From Paraspadella gotoi (lineage: Eukaryota > Animalia > Chaetognatha), in assembly GCA_051294375.1 (NCBI GenBank), contig CM119269.1, positions 17,842,265-17,906,264 of the forward strand: 64,000 bases of DNA, read 5' to 3'. The notes beneath the pieces were generated by a model that worked only from the letters and a program-made list of their open reading frames with translations, was not told the DNA's origin and searched no databases. This document shows positions 1 to 23,800 of the stretch, piece by piece. A program made the position numbers and the translations under genes. Position 1 is the first letter of the stretch, and every line of letters starts with the position of its first letter.

Positions 1-66
<66 letters not shown>

Positions 67-285
67 AGAGAAAGAGAGAGAGAAAGAGGAGTGGAAAATG
101 GAGAAAGTCGTTAAAGTTCAACGTTCCTTTAATTGCTTCACGTTTCGTTTCCTTTTCTCAATTTACGATTTCTTTTTTTTTTTTACTTCTGTAGTAAAAT
201 CAGGGAGAATTTTTTCTTCTTTCTTTTTTTCTTCCACTCATCTTAATACTCAGTACAAAGAATTCTTTCTCATCCGAGTTCTCAC

Positions 286-10930
<10,645 letters not shown>

Positions 10931-11764
10931 GTCTCGATGGTTGAGGTTTTAAAAGCGAAGAGGAATGAGATGAAGGGGAATTAGGAAGAGATGGAGTTTC
11001 GATACGAGAGGCGCTAATGCGAGTTTGAGACGATGGGACCGAAAGGTTAAGTCTTAGATTCCCTTTGTCTAATATTCGAAAGGAAACTTGGCAACTCTTG
11101 TAAAGAATATGAGGTAGGTTGTCAGGGATATGAAGCATAGATGGATATTAAATAAAACTTGTAAGAGAGACTAGAGTGGAATTTATAGCTTGTGAAGAAA
11201 ACAGATGATTTGTCGTTTCCTTTTTTTGTCTGCTTTTTATAAAAAAAAGAAATAATTTTGTTTTTACTTTCTTTTCTTAACGCGCTACTAAATTTATTCT
11301 TTAACTGTAGATACAAAATGAATCGAAATATACAGAAATATAAACGGAAAAGAAAATACAAGTGAAGGTCGTTCAGATTTCATCTGATTTTTTTTAATGA
11401 CAAAATTCAATTTCTTTTCGCCCCGCAAGCAAATCAAATATTTTCTTCTAAAATGAGAAGCGAACCTATCCAAAATTCAACTTCAGATTGAAAAGATTTG
11501 CTTGGCCCGTTTCCTTGGAAACTGCGAACTCTAGTTTCCCAAAACCGCGCAAGATTGGGAAAAAGGACAAATGAACATTTTTTACTGAACTCTCTCTCTC
11601 TACAACTATTTCTGTTGTAATGTTTTATATCTTTCATGTTGAACTGTCGTCTGTTGTTATACGTAACGATATTAGTATCTGAGCGAAAGGGCTACTAAGG
11701 CCAAGGCCGTATGCATTCATTCATTCATTCATTCATTCATTCATTCATTCATTCATTCATTCAG

Positions 11765-11814
<50 letters not shown>

Positions 11815-12261
11815 TTCACATCAAATAAAGAATTTTCAAATCAAGATTACTTTGCTATTTACGATTCATCAGTAAAACTAATTTAAATACGTTTTTTTCT
11901 TTTAGAATTTTTTTGGGGAAATTTTTTAATCCATTTTTCTTTTATCAATTTCGACTTAGTCGTGATTGCAGCTGGCTAAGATCTGTACTATTAATAATTT
12001 TATTTATGAGCAATGATTTTTGACAACGAACAGAATTCGACCAATAATGTTGCTTTCTAGTTGAAACTCTATTAGTCGGTCGGTCTGTATTTTGATAGCA
12101 AATTAAAAATAAGTTTTCTTCATCTACATTGACATATGTATTTTTTACAAACAATTTAAAATTAACATTTACAGATAACAATAAGTTTTATCTATACTAT
12201 GCTCTACATCAATACAATTGTCATCTGGAAAATTTGAGAAAATCCAGGCGAATTGAAGTCC

Positions 12262-12731
12262 TTAGTTTGTTCGACAGCCGCACTGAAAATGACAACAACA
12301 AAAAACCTCCGAGTTAGCAGATATCATAAGCTTTTTATTATTTAGATAAAAAGGACAATTTTATAAAAAACGAAAAACACTCATTAATCTACGGTAGGGG
12401 CTGACGAAATAAAGCGTAAAAAAACAATAATCGATTCATTTAAAATACCGGATGTTAAAATTTATTTGATTGAATAAAATGGTTGCGTTTCGTTAATGAT
12501 AGTTGATACAACTATACTCTTCTTATTTCGACAAGACGCCCGCTGGCGACTCACCCGAAACGTAGCCTCGACCGAGATCCTCACCTCGAACATCCTTAGA
12601 TCCCTGACGACGACGAACTTCTTCCCGAAATTCCGCGGGACTGAGTCCAGCACGGAGAGGCGCCAGTAGCGGTGAGGCAGACGATTGGGCGAGTTGGCGA
12701 TGTTGGCGGAGACCTGCGGGCGGTGAAAGAA

Positions 12732-12777
<46 letters not shown>

Positions 12778-14766
12778 GAGGGAGGAAAAGGTAAGGGTGA
12801 GCATCAGAAGATACTGTTGAAAAAGGAAAGAAAAAGTCTTTTACACAGTTAAAAGGAAATACATGTATCGAATAATAGGTAATAGAAGAAGAGAAAAAAA
12901 ACGAATATAAAGGAGCGAACAAGATATTTCATAAAATGAAGGAAAAAATAAATATGAAATTACACAGAAGAAGTCAAGAAGGCCAGAAAAAGAGAAGAAA
13001 TTACATGAAAAAGCGATTTCAGTCGATATTGGAGTAGGAAGGNNNNNNNNNNGAAAACCGGAAAGCAAGAAACTATGCAGTATGACTGTATGCAGTTAGA
13101 CGAAAGGACAACGTTTAAAAAAAAAATAGAGAGAAGAGCTTTTAAATATAAACAATATTTTAAATATAAACAATATTTTGAGCCGGATCTGCTTACATGA
13201 GATTACGGCTCTAAAATCCACTTTATTGGTCCGTCGGTCCCACCCCAAAATCTTGTCGATCAGTCACTGACATCATTTAATTCAGAGTATCAAATTATGA
13301 TAAATTATGCAAAAAAAAAAAAAAAAATGTCCGTCCGTCCGTCAGTCCGAACGCGTCAGGAAGAATCGGAAAAATATTTACAAATTGTCTGTTTTTTTCG
13401 AGTCGCCATTCGCCGAGCCAGAGTCGAGGTCAGCGCTTATGCCTGACCCCGTCGACCTCGAACCATCGGTCAATCGCCCTCGTAAAAAGAAAACCCTTAC
13501 CCCGTGGTCGGTCTTGGCGACGGCGGTCATCGCGGGGTCGATGACCCACCCATCGCCCTCCAGCGAATCCGCGTATTGAATCTGAACGATCGTCGGAGAA
13601 TCTATCTTTTCGGGCTTCAACCGCGCCCCCGCCTCGAGGCCGCAGATGGAGCGGGGGGCGGCGCCTAAGGGTTGGGGGAGGGGTGGGAGGGAAAGATGAT
13701 GGAGGCATCGAAGAGGGAGTCAGTCAATTGACGTTGGTCTACATCAAAAAAATATATATTCATTAATTAATTTCCTTCCACCTACATTTCATTCCCTTGG
13801 TTTTCAGGGAGATATTGTAATTTTTATTCATAGAATTAAAATATGAATGGTGGCGTTAACAGAATTCATCAGTCTTTAAAAAGGAGGTTATTGTCCTGTC
13901 CTGATTTAGTATTGTATTAATAATGTTTTTGTATTATTCTCCGGGGAGCTTCAGTTTTTGTTAACCTTTATTTTCTTTATTCCCCTAAGAACTTTAACGT
14001 CATGAAAAAATAACTGGAGATGTAGTTACAGAAGGCTTAAGATTATAAAATGAGGAACCCTTTTTTGTGACCAAATTTATTGAAATTTTAAATATGTGAA
14101 TGCAAATAGAACTATCGAGGCGAATTTCAATATTTTACCCCTGAGCCAAGATATGGGCCCCCTGGGGAGTCACCCATTGGGGCAAAGAATGGTCTAAATT
14201 TTTTTTCAAGTTTTTCAATTATTTTTGTTTTGAACAGTTGCACAGATGTTTACCCTTCCACAAAAACGTAATTATCTTAAAAATGTTAGTTTACCTTAAT
14301 TTTCATCATCATGAACATCAGCTGTTCAGGTCAGATTTAGAATAATTTGGGAAAATTAGAAGTAAAACGATGAGCCATTCATGTTCAAACAATGCTTATT
14401 TATTAAAAATGTATCAATTTTAGTTCTAAAATGTTTTTTTTACATGTTTAGGACGTCAATGCACCTGATGCCTCTAAAAATATTAAAATATGAAAAAAAA
14501 ATTTATTCTTCTTTGGCCCCCCAGGGGTTCAGCCCCAGGACCCTGTATCTCTTGTCAGGGGTTGAATATCAAAATTCGCCTCAATAGTTCCATTTATATT
14601 GTCATTAGGACTGTATATGTAAAATTTCATAAAATTTGATAAGGTAGTTTGGTGTTTGAAGCCTTCTGAAATTGTCTTTGATTTTTAGACACTCGTGAAA
14701 GAAGTCTATTTATTTTTCTTTCTTTATTTTTTGTTTCTATCTTTCTTTCTTTCTTTATTTTTTGGT

Positions 14767-14814
<48 letters not shown>

Positions 14815-17800
14815 TTTTTCTTTTTTTCTTTCTTTATTTTTTGGTTTCTTTGTTTCTTTCTTTTTTTCTTTGTTTCTTTCTCTCTTTCTTTCTTTCCTTT
14901 TCTGACGAAAAGTCAGGAAAGCTTTCGGAAAAAAACGAAAAATAGTTTTTTTTTCGATGACGTCATGACCCTTCATATCAAAGTTCGAAATGTCACAAAA
15001 GTCGCAAAAACTGTCACGAAAGTCGGGAGAAATAAAAAAAAATACTGTCGTAAAAAATGAGTCAAAATATGAGATATCTAAAATCCCAGACGAGGCGAAA
15101 GAAAAAGTCTTTGTCAAAAAAAAATGTTTTATTTATAGGCGCCATTTTCTTTTTTGGTCGGATCTGCTTATCAGCAGATTCTCTATAATCCACTTTGTCG
15201 GTCAGTCGGTCATTCACTTAATCATGTCAGAACATGAAATTATGATAAATTATGTTGTGTATAGACTTTCGATTTCGTTGTTTATGGGCATTAGGAGAAA
15301 AACAATTTTTATTTGTTTTGACAACGAATTTTAATGACAATTTGACAGACATGTTTCGACTCTGTATTTTTAGAGTCTTCATCAGTGTTTGACAATATTC
15401 AAGTTTTTCTCTTTAAATATAAATTATGCAAAAAAAAATAGCCGTCCGTCCGTTCTTCCGTCCGTCCTCCCGTTCGCCTTTTTTTTAACCAAGTCGGGAA
15501 ATTAAACAAGTTTGAGCAAACAATGTCGGATTCTGCCTACAAAAATTTAATTAATTAATTAATTAATCGATTAATTAATTAATTAATTATTTTAATATTT
15601 AATTAATTATAAATTTATATACAGCTTATCATCATCGATGTCCTTAAAATAAAGTAAATGTGACTTATATTTTTTCCATTTAAACTTATTTCCACTGGCA
15701 CGATTCCGTCAAAATTTTATATCCAGCTTCATCACATATGTTCCTACCCATACACAAAATTTCATTCTGTATCCAACCAGCCAATCACGAGTTATTGGGG
15801 CTTTTTGCTAAGGTGGGACGGATGGACGGATTGATTGACTGATTAATTAATTAGTGATTAATTAATTGACTAATTGATTAATTTAACTGATTAATTATTT
15901 GACTTATTAATACATCCTGCATATACATTTAATATAAAAGGAAAAAAAATCATAATCAATTAGTGAAACAGGTTTTTTGTTTTTTTCATTTAAACTCATT
16001 TCCACTCAAACGATTCCATCGAAACTTGGTCTCGTGTTCAATCACACACTTTCCTACTCACATACAAAATTCCAGGTCAATCGCCCCATCCACTCATGAG
16101 CAATTGGTGTTCAAATAGTGAATTATATTTTTTTGTTTTTCCATTTAAACTCATTTCACTCGGACGATTCCATCAAAACTTTTTTATCCAGCTCAATCAC
16201 ACACTTCCATACCCACTCAGCTCTCACAAAATATCATTTAAATACATCCATCCAATCACGAGTAATTGGTGTTTTTTGCTAAGGTAGGACGGACGGACGG
16301 ACGAACCGATGGACATCATTTTTTTTGCATAATTTATCATAATTCGATGTTCTGACATGATATAAGTTAATACCCGACAATATTGAGGAGGTGGACCGAC
16401 GGACCGACAAAGTGAATTATAGAGTCGGGATCTGCTGATAAGCAGATCCGACTAAAAACAAGGAATGGTTATTCCAAGGTGTTGCGCCGCATTACTTTTC
16501 TTTTTACTCATCATTAAAAACAAAAGGCGGCGCAAGTAATCGCTTAGACTTGATTTTCAACAAATGAGCAACAATCTATAGGCAAGTTATAAGCGTTTTT
16601 AACGTAAGTACGACGGACCGACCGACAAACTGACCGACCAAAAAGTGACTTATAAAGTTGCTCCGCGAGTACTCGCGGCGCAACTAAAAAAAACTTTTTT
16701 AGGTGGCCTCGCATCCTTAGTAATTATTCTAACAAATATCTAAAGACACTCCCGTGCAGTATTCTCGTCATCTCTCAGGTAAAGAACCTCAATCCTTTTA
16801 TTTCAACCTACATTTGAGTCGTGGCCAATCACCTTTCATCCTCTCAGCCAATCACCATTCATCCTCTCAGCCAATCACCTTTCATCCTCTCAAGAAAAAA
16901 TCACATTCCTCGCCCACCGCCTCGAAGTTGTATTAACGAATCGAGGCCATTCCACCGAATTAATTGAGTTGTTGCGCGTTAAGAGATTTGTTTCGGTATT
17001 CGCTATGACGACGTCGCCGTTGTCGTCGTTGTTGTCGTTGACGTCGTTGACGTCGTTTTTGTGATTAAAATTAGCGTCGTCGCTCAAAATTTCAGACATT
17101 AAAAGGCCTCGTCGGTTTGTATTCAGTATCTCATGATTTGAAAAAAAAAAATCAGAATCTGTTGAGGCTTGAATCCTGGCGAGAGATGGCGACAAGCGAC
17201 GATTAATCTTCTGTTCATAATTATTTGCTAGAACCGTCAATTTCTAAGGTCAAATTTATGTATTGTTCAAAAGAGATAATTTAGGGAATTTCAACTAGTA
17301 TCCAACTTGATTTTCAAACTGTCGGCCTCCGGCGTCGATCGTGAAACATCACGCGTCAGAATTTTCATATAGACGCTATCGTCAAAGGAAACCTTGTTTT
17401 TGTTGTTGTTGTTGTTTGTTGTATTCTATTGTCTCTCTTTCATTTAGGTGGACGAAATTGGAACACGACAAAACGAATGAAGGAAATTGCGCCTCGTCGC
17501 AAAATGATCAAGATTTATGAGGCCGGGCTGCCGGGCTGCCGGGCTGCCGGTCTTCCGTGCGTGAGATGAAGAAGGCAAAAGGAAGGTAAGGAAAAGGTAA
17601 AAAGGTGAGAAAAAGGCAAAAAAAGAGATGAAATGAAGCCAATGTGAAGTTAAAAATGAAGTAAGTATGGGCAATGAGAAGGTTACAAAAACAAAGCTCA
17701 CAGAGATAAGGAGACGGCAAAAAAAATAGGCAGAAGGTAAAAAGACAAAAATTGGTAAGAAGCACAAAAAAGGCAGCCAGAAGGCAGCCAGAAGGCGAAA

Positions 17801-20800
17801 AAAAGCAAGTTTTTTTTTAAAATTGAACAAAAAAAGAGTTTTTCCTTGCTTTACTTCTCGCCATCCTTAAGACTCAAGTTCTTGGTTTGGTCTCCTGCAG
17901 CGAGAAATACGAAAAAAGCATTGAGACAAATCGAACCAGGTTTATTTCTCTTTTGTAATTCTTCTTGTGCTGTGTCGTATTTAGCCCAACGGCTTTTTTT
18001 TTATCCAGGCTGAACTCGATTTTGTTACTTCTTGAGTAAAGAAGTTTCCCGGATCTCTTTTATAAGTAAAAACATAATCATTTTTTCATGAATGAGACAT
18101 TTTAAACTTCTTTCCCCGCGGGCTCTACCTATTAAGGCGTAGTAAAATTTCTAAATTAGACTTTAATTAAAATTCTAAAAGTGAGGAACAAACAATATTA
18201 TACTAATGAACATTTATGTAATAAAAAATTTATAATAAATTTTACAATTTACGCAGTAGGCCATATTTATACTAGTACTAAACCAATAAATGTTAAAATT
18301 TCAAAAAAGTTTTTTCGAAAATTTTTTTGCAGATTTGGATTCGTCATAAAAAGTTGATAGAAAGAAATATATATAATATAGAAAATTTTTTTCATTAAGT
18401 AGGTCAAAAATTAGAAAAAGTTATATTTTAAACTGAAAATTAACTTTTTATATATTAATTATAGTTTTTTTAATTTTTAACCCACTTAATGAAAGAATTT
18501 TTAAAAATGATTTATATTTTCTTTTATCAACTTTTGACGAGGAATTCAAATCTGCAACCAAAATTAAGAAAAGCCTATTTTGAAATTTTTCGATTTTATA
18601 AGGATAGTACTATATATAAATACAGCCTACTGCGAAAATTAAAAAACATAAAATTAATTTTTTTTACAAATTAATGTTCACTGATGGTATGTTGTTCATA
18701 TTTGACTTTTCGAGTTTTCGTATGTAACTTTCACTACGCCTTACTACCTATCTCTCTCTCTCTCTCTCTCTCTCTCATATCTAAGTGACTGCTTGCGCCG
18801 TCTTCAGGTAATCATAAACTGATAAAAAATAAAAGACTAAGAAAATCACTTCGGAATAACGCTCATTTGAAATTCCGTTCTTGTTTAGTCAATATGGCGC
18901 TGCCAAAACTACATATAGTCGCTAAAGATTTTTTTAAAATGACTGAGCAAACATAATAAGTTGGAAATGTAACGTTCGTCCACACTATCAGGACCAGAGG
19001 TTCCTTGTTCACAGGCTCCGGGGTTTTGGACTCCGAGTGGACGCTGGCAAGTTCAATCCAATCACCTAACGTCGAGCCAACGTCGCAGGAAACTCACCTT
19101 CACGCTTTAAAACCAACTCCCCCACCCCCACACCCCCCCCATCCTCACCCTCACCAAAGTCAAAGGCGATCCATTGCGGCGGAGGATCTTTACTCATCCA
19201 GTATTTGACGTCGCTTAGGCTACATTCGCCCCTGGCACGCATCTCATCGGTGCAGACGGTGGTCAGCGGTCGCACGGCGTCTTTGGCCGGATGGAGGTTT
19301 ATCTCTGACGAGGCGCCGACCGAGGAGTCGGTGTACATCCCGCCCAGGGTGGCCACGTTGGGGCAGCTGGGCGGGAGCGTCGAAGGCGAAGTCGACGGGG
19401 AAGTCAACGGCGAAAAGGGGGAAGTCAACGGCGATGTCGTCGGCGGAGTCGTCGTTGGCTGGAGACTCGAATACGTAGCTGAGAATAAACAATCACGAGT
19501 TCCTCTCTGGTTATAAATATTTCCGAATGATTGATTGATCGTCTTTCTTCTTACATGGGCTTAATTCGCAGTTGGGCCCGCTGTATCCGTTGAAGCAAAC
19601 GCAGATTCCGTTGGAACATTGGCCTCCGTTCAAGCAATTCTTTCCCGCGCAATTATTCGCTGTAGAATTGGAAAAAAAAAACGAAGTTATAAATAAATAT
19701 TTTATTCTTTGCTTTTTAACCTTTTGCTTTAAAAAAAACAAAAACAAAACGGCATCTAACCTGTCCTACAGTCAGGGCCGCTGTAATTTGGACGACAAAC
19801 GCAGACCCCAGCCTTGCAAGTTCCCTGATTATAGCAAACGACACCGGTACACTGGTCGGGCGCAATCTCGCATCGCTGCCCGCTATAATCTTGAATACAT
19901 TTACACGTCCCATCGACGCAGTAGCCTTTGTCTCCGCAATCTACGTTGAGACAAAGGTTCGGAGCCACCTCACAATTTTTTCCCAGGTATCCGTTTATGC
20001 AGACGCAGCTACCGTCTTTACAATAACCGGCGTTGAAACAGTTTATGACGCTACAAGGATCGGGCGAGAACTCGCAGTAAACTCCGTAATAATTATCGAC
20101 GCAAGAACAGACGCCATCATTGCAGGTTCCGCCGTTGAGGCAATAAACGTTACGGCAAAGATCTGGCGGAATTCCGCAGTAAGTTCCAGAATAACTATTG
20201 ACGCAAAAACATATCCCAGCATTGCATATTCCATCATTGAAACAATGTACATTTTGGCAAAGGTCGGGAAGCGTTTCGCAATAGGTTCCCGAAAACCCGT
20301 CTATACAATAACACTCCCCATTTTGGCAAACGCCACCGTTTAAACAATTAAGGTTGGCGCAAGAGTTAGGTTGGATTTCACACCTTGTCCCCAAGTAACC
20401 ATTAATGCAATAGCACTCCCCATTTTGACAAATGCCACCGTTTTTACAATTAACGTTGTTGCAAGCATTAGGGGCAATTTCACACTTAGTTCCCGAGAAA
20501 TCATTGATGCAATTACACTCTCCATTCTGACAAACGCCTCCGTTTAAACAATTAATATTAGCGCAAGTATTTGGTGCAATTTTACACCTCGTTCCCGAGT
20601 AACCATTGACGCAATTACAGACGCCCTGGTTGCAATTTCCCCCATTGAAGCAGACGATATTTTGGCAAGAGTTGGGTGCGGCCTCGCAAAAGCTTCCCAC
20701 AAAGCCATTGATGCAGGAACACAAGCCATCTTTGCAATTACCACCGTTTAAGCAGTAGATATTGCGACATGGGTCTGGAGATATTTCGCAATAGGTTCCC

Positions 20801-23800
20801 GAATAATCATTGACGCAAATACAAACACCGTTGTTGCACTGGCCCCCGTTTAAACAGTTGATATTTTGACAAGTTAAGATTGAATTTTGGCAAAAAGGGC
20901 CATCGTAACCCGATGGACAAATGCATTGCCCGCCTTGGCATTGGCCTCCGTTGTAGCAAAACACTCCGGTGCAGGGGTTTTGTGTCGGGACTAACACGGA
21001 GAAAAGTTGTACGAACGTATTAAAATCTGTTAGTACCAGAGAAGAAAATCAGTCAGACCCCCTTTACTTTAAAATTTTTTCAACCATTTCATTATTCCGA
21101 ATTTTCTATCACTGTGAAGAGACAGTAATTATTGTTATGTGTTAGTGACAAAACCATTCAATATAAGCAGTCCATGAGCTTTGGATCAGGCTGTAACACC
21201 GTGTTACAGGCGGGTTAAGCGCCCCGTCCCTCTTAACTGCTAGGCAACCACCGGGCTAGAACCCAGGAGCTTTGGGTTGGGAGGTGAATGACTTGCCTCC
21301 GGCACCAATGGCTGCTGATGAATGGTTGGTGGATTTTATTCCACCATAACTGTGACAAAGTGATTACACGCCAAACTATTTCAATAAGATTGCCCGCCAC
21401 TCTTCTTCAAGTTCGAACCCATTTGATTTCACATCATCACTCTCACAGGTTCCCGATCCAATCTCACGTCATCTCACGCTCCATTTTCACCTCCAGTTTG
21501 CCGCATTATCGCCACCAACCATCCGTATTCTGCAATCGGACAGTCTCACAGTCAACCATTTCAAATCACTCTATTTTTCCACCTGTATCGTCTCCGAATG
21601 GAAACATCTGCAGATCCCTGATCACTACAAAGAAACTGTTGTCGGGTCTGCCCTCAACGCGGGTGACGAGCAGGCGCCAGTATCGGTGCGGCGTTGTCTG
21701 CGGTCCGAGGCGCTGCACGACTTTGTCCCCAGCGCTCCAGGGACGCATTACGACGAACCTGCCACAGGAGAGGGGCGAACACGGGAACGCAGCCAATTTA
21801 ATAAATACGAAATCCCTTTTTGTTTGGGTAATCGTCGTCGTCGTCGTCGTCGTCATAAAGGTCGGTTTGCCAGAGCGAAACTCCATTAATCTTTATCCTA
21901 TTCGACCTGGTGACAAATTCATGAGGGAGAAGAGAAATACGAATCGGTTTATGGCCTATCATCCGGGAAGCATCTGAAATCCGAATTTGATAATTCAAAC
22001 TTTATGACAAAATCATAGTATATGTTATTTTATTAAAAAAATATTGAGGCTGTTTAGAAAAGCAAAATATTATTTGTGAAAAGACAGTGATATTTGTAAT
22101 ATTTGATATTTGTAATATTATTTAGTTGAGTGGTTACTGAAATATTTTACGTGAAATATTTTTCTTTGATATCGAATATTGCTTGTTGAATTGAAACGCT
22201 TGCATAGGTTGCTTCGTTTCCCACTTTATATCTTTCTTTCTTACATGATTTTTCTGCCACTCCCGAGTCAATCATGTATCCACATTTTTTCTCCACAACC
22301 CGAAGCTTTCGCTTTTGTCGAGTGAAAAAAAAAACCAAAAAAAAAAACCACAAACTTGGAAAGCGTCGTCCAAGACTCTTCAACATCCGGATAGGAGTCA
22401 GCAAATTGAAGCTCATAATCCATCGGCGCGTCTCTGCGGATAAATGGGTAAAAGAAAATGGCGGAATAAAATTAGGAAAAACAATATCGGTGTTGGTAAA
22501 AGCAAAAAGAAAACGAAATGGCAGAAAAAAGGGGGGGGGAAAAAAAAAGAAAGAAAAAAGAGAAAAAAACAAAGTGAAGATGACAAGAGTCTGGAACGGA
22601 GTCATCGCTAATGGAAGAAAGAGAGTGGCTCGCAATTAAACTCCTTTTTTTAATCACGACATTTCTGCCACCCGCGAATTTTATATTTCATTGCAGCGCA
22701 TTGAAACAAGATTAAGTCTCCGAGTGAATCATAGCCTCGGCTGAAGTAGACTTCTCTTTCATTACCCTCCTCTTCTTTATTTGTTTTCATTTCGCGAATC
22801 AATATTGTAAATGTAATGTTTTTCAATTTTCTTCGCGTTTTCGCCTCGAAATTGAGGCGCGAATACTCGCGGCTCAACTCATTGAATCACTTTTCGGTCA
22901 GTCAGTCGTTCGGTTCTGTAAGTCTGTCCTATTAATAATAAAAACGCTCATAACATTAGCAATACTTGATAAATTTAGTTCATATTTGGTATGGAAGTGA
23001 GGAACCATAAGACCTTTAACGAGCATATGTAACATACTTGTGATGATCTCATGACCCAAAATTCGCCTAAAATTTAGTTGCTGGTATTTAAAGAACCTCG
23101 CATCTAAGCGACTGCCTGCGTTACCCTTTGATATTTAAGAAGTCTTATAAAGAATAAAAGGATTCCGATGTAGTGCGGGTTCAACGCTCATGGGCCTTGC
23201 CATTGCGTAACCGAAAATATTCATGCGGAACAAAAAACTTTTTTGTTCCTTATTGTTTCCACGAAAATATGTGATTTAGATGATTTTCAATTTTTCATAT
23301 TTCTTTATTTAGTATAAAGTCTCCCAACAGACGGGCAGACAGACAGACCTAAAAAAGATATTTTTAGTCACAGATGTATCCGTTTTATAAAAAACGCTAA
23401 TCAAGTTCTGTAATTAAAAATTAAAGAGAAATCCGACTAACGTTGTAAAAATTTCTTGACGGGGTAACTCTTACTCAAAGGAAAGCAGAGAGCCTCATTT
23501 TTGCAAAATCCAATATTGGATAATATTCTTTAATCCCTTTTTTTGGAGTAGAGCAGTCCGGCAGGTATACAGTAGAGTGGAGCACTCAAGAACGAAAAAA
23601 TTATTTGAATGATCAAACAATGATATTTAAATGTGAGATAGTATGATTAATTAGTACAAAAAATATTTCGTTCATATTATTTCGGGAACAGAATAGTAAA
23701 ATATAATATATTTGTAGTAATATCCTTATAAAATAGTAAATTTTAAAAATAATTTTTATAAAACTTTTAATAAAAATTCAGATTCTTCATAAAAAGTTGA

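Noticed and set aside
19756-20997. Calling the EGF array tenascin, teneurin, Notch or fibropellin
   Set aside because: The flanking exons encode CBM14 and discoidin-like domains. No FN3, fibrinogen, LNR, ankyrin, CUB or avidin modules are visible in the window.
21288-21977. 229-aa + strand ORF
   Set aside because: It lies antisense to a gene A exon and has no recognisable protein features or splice support.
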